DNA of 49,881 bases from positions 620,001 through 669,881 of the forward strand of contig CAUYUJ010000103.1 of assembly GCA_963575745.1 (NCBI GenBank), written 5' to 3'. Numbering within the stretch: the stretch's first letter is position 1; each line of letters starts with the position of its first letter. The notes below the pieces were generated by a model that made no database searches, was not told the DNA's origin, and was given only the letters and a program-made list of their open reading frames with translations. A program made the translations under genes and the position numbers. This DNA comes from Prorocentrum cordatum (Eukaryota). Below, one piece after another: positions 24,308-32,039 of the stretch.

Positions 24308-27300
24308 CTAACCTCGGGCACCTCTGCCTGAAGTTGCGCCTCGCTCTGATCCTGCGCCTCTGCCCCGACGATTTCGAGATCGGGGTGGGAGCTGGATTGC
24401 TGGACCTACCTCTGGGGCAGTTGGGAAGTAGACGGGAGCGGGGGAGGACGTAACGAGGCCAGGGGGCGGCGGGAGGGAGGAAGGGGAAATCACGCTAGGG
24501 AGACTATTATCAGTCAAACCTGAAACTCTCCTGCTAGCATCTTCACTCAGGAGCCCTGCCCTCAGAAGCTGCTGCGCACGCTCACTGTTGGCCCAGCTGA
24601 AACCTCTCGAGCCCCCTACTTGCATTGGTCTAGCAGGCGCTGGGCCTCCCTTACCAAGACCCCGCGCGGGGCTGCCCCCACGGTCTTCTCTCCTCCCTCG
24701 GCCTTGAGGCAGTGGCGGATCGCCGAGAGCAGCTGGTTGCCGCGCTCGCTGGTGTCCAGAAGGAACTGCACCTTTGCCATCTCCTTGTCGTCCTTGCCCT
24801 TTGTTTTGAGACGCTTCGCCTTGCAGTACCTCACCACCTCGCTCAGCACCACTGGGTCCTCCGCTGCCATCACCGTCGACTCCCAGTACTGCGCCGCCGC
24901 CGACTGCTCCTTGGGCAGCTGCCCTGCAGCCTCCTCGAACGCCGCCCCCTTGATCAATGCCGCGAACGCCCTCAGGTGGGGGGCGTGCATCTTCACCCTC
25001 GTGAACTCCTTGCCCTCCTTCTCCGCTGCCTTCTGGAGCTCGCGTTGCTGCTGGGCCTCTGCATTGAAGCTCTGGCCCTCCTCGAGCATGAACTGCACCG
25101 TGCGACTGTCGAGCGGCAACAACCAAGTGTCGTACACCGCGCCGATGAGCGCTCGCAGCTCCGCCTCGTCGTTGAGCACCAACTTTGCCAAAACGATGAC
25201 GAGCTCGTCCAGGTTCTGCTTCTTTCCGCCACGCTGTGCCCCATGACGAGCTTCTTGCGCGCCTCCCCCTGCTGGCCCGACGATGCGACGCATCTTGCCA
25301 CTGCCCTCGTCGGTGTTGCGCGTCATCCACTTGGGGACCGCCGCCGTCGTGTTCGGCATGGCTGGGGAGGTCGACTGGCCCCGACCGTGGAGCAGCCCGA
25401 GCTCGCTGCACTCGCAGCTGCAGAACACTGGAACGTGTAGCTACAGTATCAAGAACTCGAGGAAGATGACCACGGATGTGTTGCTGAAAATCATCTGTGT
25501 CCGATGCGTGATATTCACAAAGGGGGCAAGCCAGGTCAGTAATTTGAGACCGAGTAGCCTGAGACTTTCCACCCCCAGCAATACAGTAACCCCTGTTCAT
25601 GGAGCCCACGAGGTGCCTGCTAGCCGTGATCACCCCCGAGAAGATCCCCTGACAGTTTGGGCACTCGTTAGTACGACATAGAACATGCCCCAATGAACGA
25701 TAATGATGATGGAATCGTAAGTGGTTTAGCGCAGACTTCTTATCGGGGAACTTCGCATCGCATCGAACTCGACGACCAATAGTATCGCTAGGATCGCATC
25801 TATGTTCATAAACACCACAGACCCATTTCACAGCACCACCCTGGACGATCTCAGTAGATAACATAGCACTAAGTTGAGGATCATACTCTGGAGGAGGAAT
25901 CGCTACAGTATGAAGACGTCGTCGTAGGAGAGAGAAATCAATCTTACATAATGCTTTTCCAAGCTCCTTATCCCACCAAAGTGCGAGAAACGAGCCCTGC
26001 AGACGTTCGAGCAACTCTCGACCGTCCTCAATATCCTCCAGTGCCTGTACATCTTCAAAGAACTGCTTCGCCCAGGGGTTCGCATAGGCGGCGAGACGAC
26101 CCATGTCATCGTACTGCGGACGATCGTCCACCTCCAATTCAGCAAAAAGAGCTGCCAGAATCTGAGCGTGCCGCCCAGGATAACGGATGAACTGCACGAG
26201 CCACCCCAAACGACGGACCCTGAGCTCGATGAAGGCAGGCGTGATACGCCAGTGATTGAGCACCTGCTCATTGCTGAGACTCAGAACATGTGTAGTGCCC
26301 TCATAACTAGCCCCTCTCATAGCCACTCTACAATATCTTACCATAAGAGAATCCAACTTCTTACATAACCCCTCCGTCACCAAGTAAGCCTCCAAATTCT
26401 GAACCCCCGCGTTCTGGACACCCAACAAGACCGAGCGTTTCAGCCGAAACGAAATGCCAGGAGTCGACCAGAATCTTCCCAACGAATGAAACGAACTTTT
26501 TATCGCGTTCAGGCGCTTGTTAACCTCTGGAGTGATCGAGCCCATGGAATGAATCTCCCCGCCCAGTACCCTCATAGACGGACTGACTCCTCCTTCAAAC
26601 AGTTCAGACGCAGAGGCTCGCAATCGACGATTCGCAGCGACAGAGCCCTGGCCAGAGAGACAGACGATGGTGTTCTGCTTGCTCCTGTTCTGCGCCCATC
26701 CCCCTATCTTCAGAACCTCATCCAAGACTTGATTGGAGTAAAAGTTGGCGGCAGAAAGCTCTGCCAAGCCCGCGTCACCACACGAGGCCTCAGGACCACC
26801 GCCTACGTGCAGCTTCGTGAGACCGTCGGCATACTTAGTCAGAGACAAATCTACAACCATGCCTGTAATCGGACAAGTGGCTGCAAGAAGCGCCTCCGAA
26901 GGCATCTGGGCATACAACACCTCACTCCATTCGCATACAGGAATCTCATAGGCTCTGCCAAAGCTCTCCACCGCGTAAGGATCACCCATGAGAGCTCCGC
27001 ATCTAGGCTTTACAACAAGTGTACGAGCACGGGCAGGAAGACATATCGAAGCCGATTCGAATCGGTCGCGTCCAAACTGACGGTCAGGAAAATCTAAAAG
27101 AGCAGAGTTCGCTTCCTCCAGGAGACTCCAAGACGTACTCGGGAAAGCGTTGCTAAGGTCCTTGTTTGACCACGTAAAACTGTACCCTCCCCGTCGCAAA
27201 CGATGAGAAACCAACATCATCACCAGCATGGCCCCCTCCTTACGCCTCCCCTTGCAGAACCCATAGTCGTTGGGACCTAGCGCAACTGGATTGTTCCTAC

Positions 27301-29191
27301 GAATGGCCCCAGCTAACCAAGCCTTGCCCAGCGGGTCCAGCAGGTGGATGACTCGTTTCCCCTTGGGGCCAGGGGTGGCACTCTTCGGTAAGGCGCAGCC
27401 AAAACTCCTATTCCACAAGGCAGGGAACCTGTTCGCAAGACGGATACACTGCAAACCACGAGTTAGTGCCTCCTGCAGCGGTTCAGGTTGAAACTCGACG
27501 GAGTATCCAACTCCTGAGAAACTCTTAGAAAGTCCAAAAACAGGGTCCGCGATCATGCCCCAGATCTCTGCTGGTACACTCCACGGCGGGCACGATCGGC
27601 GTTTGGGTGCATGACGCAAATACTTAGTAATAGATAACATATCCGTAGTAGCCTCCACATTGAACATGCCCAGGTACCCGTTCACCCCCTCCTCCAGCTC
27701 CTCCCCCTCCTGGTTGATCTCGATAACCTGCATGCCTCCCTGTGGTCCCTCCTTCTCCCAGACCTCAAGCCACTCCTTAGCACTTAGTGAAGCACCCTCA
27801 AGATGGCGATAACTGCGACCACGGGGTCCACGACCCTTGCAGGCGAGAACTCGGATCAAGCGATGGGCTTCTTTGTGATTTCTCTTCCGCCAAGCCTCCT
27901 CCAACTCCTCCGTAATGTTCTCCCTCCACTCCTTGAACTGCTGTTTCCTCTGCTGCTGACACTGCTTGCTAATAACTTTGAGCTGCTGAACCACTTCCTC
28001 CTCCTCCTCATCGCAACCAGCTCGGGCGAGGCGACGGCGAATCTCCAATCGCCTTTGCAGAAGAGCCTTGCGCTCCCTGGCCTGCACGCGGTAGGCCTCG
28101 GACGCGTTGGGCAACGATCCACAGAAAAATAAACTAGCCTGCTCGCGCACAAGATCATTCAAGATAGCAAAATACGCATCTGGCTTTCCAGCCGTAGCCG
28201 CCGAGGACAGCTCGGGCTCACGTTCTTGCAACTTGGCATTCGCCCGAATGAGGAAGTTCTCGCGCACCGAGGCATTCTTCATGGTGTCAAAGTTCCAATA
28301 AAGACGGTTCCTCCCCAGCTGCTCGGGCTCAACAAAAGACCACTTCAGATTACAATGCAGCGGTATGTGGTCACGCGGATGACGGGAGGGTATACGTTGA
28401 TGCTGCCTCATGACCCTCATCAGCGGACCAGCTGTGTTAATCAGGTTCTGGGCGACGACTGGACCGAAGATGTAGTCCACCCTGCTGGAAATACCGTCCT
28501 GGCCGAACCACGTGTCCTCCACTCGGTCGCGCACCCCCAGCACCACAAAACCGAACTCCTCCATCAATTCTCGTACTAACTGACCAGCCCCTCCCACAAG
28601 ATTCTCACGAGTGGCCAGGTGCGATGGAATAACAGTAGTGTCGTAGCTCTGCCACCTTCCTTCAGAACAAACAATGCCAATGCCGTCGTTCAAATCCATA
28701 CTTATCAATGGCATGGTACGTGATGATCGAGCTATGTCAACTAAGAGACCGCGGAGCCACGAGACCAGCCTGTTCGTCGCAGCGAAATAATGCGGGCGGC
28801 CAGCTCGTCCCCGCGGTCGGGGAGGAAAATAAACTCCAGCCACTGTCAAATCCAAACCAGTTCGCTTCAGGCGAAGTCCAAAAGCACGGCCAGCAATCTC
28901 GGGAGGTGCTTGCCATTGCCTCACTATATGGTGCTCACGCAGCCCCGAACTGATCGTAATACTAATACCAGCCGACTTATTTGTGTACGCCCCAGGACTC
29001 CACCCAGCCTCAATGAGCAGTGTATTGTGCAGCTTGCGTTTCTGAACAGCCATTCCAGGAAGTGCCCTCACCTGCGTACCTATGAAAACGCACGCGTGGA
29101 AGCTCTTGGCGGTCGCCATGATTATTTCCTCCTGACGATCTCTAGAATTCATACTCAATGGATTCCAGTGCAGAAATCGAAGCAAAGACAT
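24308..29191 (-). CDS. LINE polyprotein: AP-endonuclease + reverse transcriptase + C-terminal C2H2-like zinc fingers (1627 aa; last ~370 aa are probably a shadow of the nested ORF)
   Basis: APE motifs: FLHWN, GVYFPP, MDLND, TW..SRVDYIF, RDHIPL. RT motifs: RVIHLLD, YGFCKGR, KDLSNAFPS, GALMGDP, KYADG, NRSK, LGG. Zinc-finger-like segments at ~25470-25820: CxxxF...HLRFHH, CPNC...RH...C, CPLC...HIRGH. Confidence 0.92.
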   Translation of the reverse strand: MSLLRFLHWNPLSMNSRDRQEEIIMATAKSFHACVFIGTQVRALPGMAVQKRKLHNTLLIEAGWSPGAYTNKSAGISITISSGLREHHIVRQWQAPPEIAGRAFGLRLKRTGLDLTVAGVYFPPRPRGRAGRPHYFAATNRLVSWLRGLLVDIARSSRTMPLISMDLNDGIGIVCSEGRWQSYDTTVIPSHLATRENLVGGAGQLVRELMEEFGFVVLGVRDRVEDTWFGQDGISSRVDYIFGPVVAQNLINTAGPLMRVMRQHQRIPSRHPRDHIPLHCNLKWSFVEPEQLGRNRLYWNFDTMKNASVRENFLIRANAKLQEREPELSSAATAGKPDAYFAILNDLVREQASLFFCGSLPNASEAYRVQARERKALLQRRLEIRRRLARAGCDEEEEEVVQQLKVISKQCQQQRKQQFKEWRENITEELEEAWRKRNHKEAHRLIRVLACKGRGPRGRSYRHLEGASLSAKEWLEVWEKEGPQGGMQVIEINQEGEELEEGVNGYLGMFNVEATTDMLSITKYLRHAPKRRSCPPWSVPAEIWGMIADPVFGLSKSFSGVGYSVEFQPEPLQEALTRGLQCIRLANRFPALWNRSFGCALPKSATPGPKGKRVIHLLDPLGKAWLAGAIRRNNPVALGPNDYGFCKGRRKEGAMLVMMLVSHRLRRGGYSFTWSNKDLSNAFPSTSWSLLEEANSALLDFPDRQFGRDRFESASICLPARARTLVVKPRCGALMGDPYAVESFGRAYEIPVCEWSEVLYAQMPSEALLAATCPITGMVVDLSLTKYADGLTKLHVGGGPEASCGDAGLAELSAANFYSNQVLDEVLKIGGWAQNRSKQNTIVCLSGQGSVAANRRLRASASELFEGGVSPSMRVLGGEIHSMGSITPEVNKRLNAIKSSFHSLGRFWSTPGISFRLKRSVLLGVQNAGVQNLEAYLVTEGLCKKLDSLMVRYCRVAMRGASYEGTTHVLSLSNEQVLNHWRITPAFIELRVRRLGWLVQFIRYPGRHAQILAALFAELEVDDRPQYDDMGRLAAYANPWAKQFFEDVQALEDIEDGRELLERLQGSFLALWWDKELGKALCKIDFSLLRRRLHTVAIPPPEYDPQLSAMLSTEIVQGGAVKWVCGVYEHRCDPSDTIGRRVRCDAKFPDKKSALNHLRFHHHYRSLGHVLCRTNECPNCQGIFSGVITASRHLVGSMNRGYCIAGGGKSQATRSQITDLACPLCEYHASDTDDFQQHIRGHLPRVLDTVATRSSVLQLRVQRARAAPRSGPVDLPSHAEHDGGGPQVDDAQHRRGQWQDASHRRASRGRRARSSSWGTAWRKEAEPGRARHRFGKVGAQRRGGAASAHRRGVRHLVVAARQSHGAVHARGGPELQCRGPAATRAPEGSGEGGQGVHEGEDARPPPEGVRGIDQGGGVRGGCRAAAQGAVGGGAVLGVDGDGSGGPSGAERGGEVLQGEASQNKGQGRQGDGKGAVPSGHQRARQPAALGDPPLPQGRGRREDRGGSPARGLGKGGPAPARPMQVGGSRGFSWANSERAQQLLRAGLLSEDASRRVSGLTDNSLPSVISPSSLPPPPGLVTSSPAPVYFPTAPEVGPAIQLPPRSRNRRGRGAGSERGATSGRGARG
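24616..25359 (-). CDS. Uncharacterised 247-aa helical protein nested in the 3' part of the LINE pol ORF (same strand, different frame)
   Basis: ATG at 25359 (MPNTT...), TAG at 24616. Strong GC3 codon bias and natural protein composition (LVIVLAKLVLNDEAELRAL, QQQRELQKAAEKEGKE, GAAPRGVLVREAQRLL), whereas the overlapping pol frame reads as R/G/A-rich junk. Confidence 0.78.
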   Translation of the reverse strand: MPNTTAAVPKWMTRNTDEGSGKMRRIVGPAGGGAQEARHGAQRGGKKQNLDELVIVLAKLVLNDEAELRALIGAVYDTWLLPLDSRTVQFMLEEGQSFNAEAQQQRELQKAAEKEGKEFTRVKMHAPHLRAFAALIKGAAFEEAAGQLPKEQSAAAQYWESTVMAAEDPVVLSEVVRYCKAKRLKTKGKDDKEMAKVQFLLDTSERGNQLLSAIRHCLKAEGGEKTVGAAPRGVLVREAQRLLDQCK

Positions 29192-31284
29192 CGGCTAGCC
29201 GCGGCGGCTCTCCAACCGAAACCGCCCGCTGCTCAAGATTCGGTGAACGGAGTGTGTGGGTATGAAACATATGGAAGGTGGGAAGCGAGAGAGGGTGCAC
29301 TCGCGCCACCTGGAGGAGGAGGAGGAGGAGGAGGAGGAGGAGGAGGAAGAGGAGGGCAGAAGAAGGAACGAACCGAGGAAGGAAGGGGAGACGGGAAGAG
29401 AGCGGTTCCATTTCAAACCCTTTGAGGGCCGAATGCGCCCCACCCCCATCCAGTCTGGTGCTCCTCCCTCCCCCCACGGGCGAACTCGTGGGGAAAATCC
29501 GTTGGCTTTTTTCAAGCCCACCCACCCTGCGGCCGGCGCGCCTCGCGGATTCGCCAGGAATGAGGGTGGTACATTGGGTCGCCCCTCTTGTCGTGCTGCG
29601 AATGTGGATTCCGGGTGAGTTTACAAAACGCGATCGATCCCGAGGCCTCTGGAAGAGTCACGCGGGCGAGACAAGCAGCACCCGAGAGTGCCCAGGAGAG
29701 CGCAGAACAGGCCTGCGCCCGGTGAGAGCACCGCAGTATTGAACACAGAGAGCCAGTGGGACCCGAGGGCACTCCACTCAGTGCCTACGGCACGGTGCCA
29801 GATTAAGGATGAGGGATGGAGGAGCAAGAGGATGAGGAAGAGCAGGAGGCGGACGAGGAGGAGAAGCAGCAGGCGAGAGGAGGAGGACGAGGAAGAGGAG
29901 GAGGAGGAGGAGGAGGAGGAGGAGGAGGAGGAGAAGCAGCTGGCGAGACGAGGAGGAGGAGGAGGAGGAAGAGGAGGACGAGGAGGAGGAGGAGGAGGGG
30001 GGTCCTGGGATGGAGCGCGAGCGGGAGCAATGGGTGAGAGCGAGGAGGAGCAGGGTTTGGTGCGGCCTGGCCAACCCTCCACTCCTCCTCCTCTTCCTCC
30101 TCGAACTCAAACTCAAACTCACACTCCTCCTCCTCCTCCTCCTCCTCCTCCTCCTCCTCCTCCTCCTCCTCCTCCTCCTCCTCCTCCTCCTCCTCCTCCT
30201 CCTCCTCCTCCTCCTCCTCCTCCTCCTGCCCCGGACGGTGCTCCGTCGAGCGCCTCGGGGCGGGTGCGGCTGGGGCGATGGGAGCGCCCCGAGAGGCCCA
30301 ATGCCGTGAGCCCCAGGGCTCTCTGGACCCCAACCGGCGGAGCCCAGGAGAAAGCCAAAGAACGCAGGCATATGGAGGAGGAGGAGGAGGAGGAGGAGGA
30401 GGAGGAGAAGGAGTAGGAGGAGTGTGTGAGTTTGGTTTGAGTTTGAGGAGGAGGAGGAGGAGGAGGAGGAGGAGGAGGAATTTGAGCTTGACTTCGAGTT
30501 TGAGGAGGAGGATGAGGAGGAGGATTGGAGGAGTGAGTGCGAGGAGGAGGAGGAGGAGGAGGAGGAGGTGGAAGAGTGTAAGGAGGAGGAGCTTGAGGGG
30601 GAGACGAACATCCAGAAAATATGAACAGATGAGAAATGCTGGAATATGTGTCTCTTTGTTTGTGTGCCCCTGGGTCCCTTCATGAGAGCCAGACGATCAG
30701 GGTACGTTCTAGGCCGAGATTACTGGCGATACGCATGGAAGTCGTAATGGGCAACCTTCCTGGCCGCGACCCTCCCTACATTTGTCTGGTCGTCCAGGTT
30801 TGGGGATATCCCCATTTTCTAATGGCTCCTGCTGGCCTCTTGATTCCTCTGGAGGCTGAGAACATCCGAACTCATGCAGAAACATCACGAAACCTCGACC
30901 ATCCTCGACAAGCCTTCACCCTCGATTCTCGATCCCGAAACCCTGTCCCCCCGATACCTCGATCCCGCACCCTCGATGCTGATGCAGGAGAGGGGCGCGG
31001 CTGAATCCCCGATCCCCGCACCTCGACCCTCGATCCTGAAACTCTTCCTTACCAGAAGCATCCAGAGTACGGTGGGGGCGCGCATCAAGAAACCATCTGC
31101 TTTCCGTCAGGGTATCCTGGGTTTCTTCGCTCCGCGAGCTGCGCGGCGACTTCCCGCAGCCGCTGAAGAAGTGGCTGCGTTCAGGATGCTCTGGGTTTCC
31201 CCTCAGGTACCCCTCGCGCATGGGTTTTCAGGGTTGGATTTCTTGCGAGGGTTTCTTGCGGCCGCCCTCGCACTGTACTCCCGC

Positions 31285-31307
31285 CCTTAGCTGTTTTTTG
31301 GCTCAAT
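31285..31307 (+). other. Degenerate relic of the dinoflagellate spliced leader
   Basis: ccttagctgttttttggctcaat versus DinoSL CCGTAGCCATTTTGGCTCAAG; sense-oriented ~625 bp upstream of the RRM gene ATG. Confidence 0.5.
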
Positions 31308-31931
31308 CGAGAACGCTTCTGGCAGCCCTGGCCCTCCTCCCAAGCACCAGCGGCCCTCGAGCGCGTGCCCGGCACGGGCTCGGTCAGAAAGAGAAGCATT
31401 GGGTTGAGAGGATGCGGCTGGGAGAACTGATCAAATCTTCTGTATCAAGGTACTCTTAAGGTGCTTATCACACAGTCGTTCGGAGGCGAGCGAGGGGAGG
31501 AAGTGAGAAGGAGAAGACCTTCGCAGACGGCGGCGGGACTTCAGAAGCCCTCGCACCTTCCGAGAAGGTGTTATGTGTCTCCAGGGAAGGCCCAGAAAAC
31601 TTTTCGGAAGGCCCGGAACTTCCAGGGAAGGCCCAGAAAACTTGTTCGGAAAACTTTTCGGAAGGCCCAGAAAATTTCTCGGATCGGCGCTGGGGCCCCC
31701 TGGCGGCGCATCCGGCGCCGCCCCTGGCGCGCTCCGCGTGCCAGGGGGCTCCAGCGCCGATCCGAACAGTCCGCGCGGGCCTCCGAGCTTTTCGGTTTCC
31801 GTCAGCGCCCGCTCCCCTTTGAGGAGGCCGCCCCTGCTCAGCTCACCCCGAGCATCGCCGCCGCGTCTTGCCCTGTATCTTCCCAGCCCCGGTCCTCCCA
31901 GCACGATCACTGCCGTCCTCACCCCGACGCC

Positions 31932-32039
31932 ATGGGCGCCGAGCAGAGCACGCTGCCGGAGCCCGGCGCGGAGCAGGCCCCCCCGGCGCCCCTCCAGCCC
32001 AGAGGCTGCGGCGATGCCGCCGCCGACGCGCGCCTGCAG
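31932..32039 (+). CDS. Exon 1 of RRM gene (MGAEQS..., N-myristoylation-type start)
   Basis: gccATGG start, GC3-rich codons, ends CAG|GT, phase 0 matches next exon. Confidence 0.6.

Larger units (their letters stand above)
24090..29311 (-). mobile_element. Apparently full-length non-LTR retrotransposon (LINE, APE-RT type), about 5.2 kb, embedded in a (GGA)n tract
   Basis: Intronless, more balanced-composition block bounded on both sides by (GGA)n (24041-24089 and from 29312). The 3' end has a short tandem tail (ataag x3 at 24090-24104, i.e. (TCTTA)3 on minus). There is a ~120-nt 5' UTR, one long APE-RT ORF, a second ORF and a ~500-nt 3' UTR. Confidence 0.93.

Noticed and set aside
24308..25400. 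C-terminal ~370 aa of the 1627-aa ORF as a real extra domain
   Set aside because: R/G/A-rich sequence explained as the shifted frame of the nested GC3-rich ORF.
24620..25440. Plus-strand ORFs antisense to the nested ORF and to pol
   Set aside because: Typical antisense shadows of GC3-biased coding sequence.
29228..29240. gctcaag in the LINE 5' region (also ggctcaag near 1297) as a spliced-leader relic
   Set aside because: Only 7-8 bp match; expected by chance.
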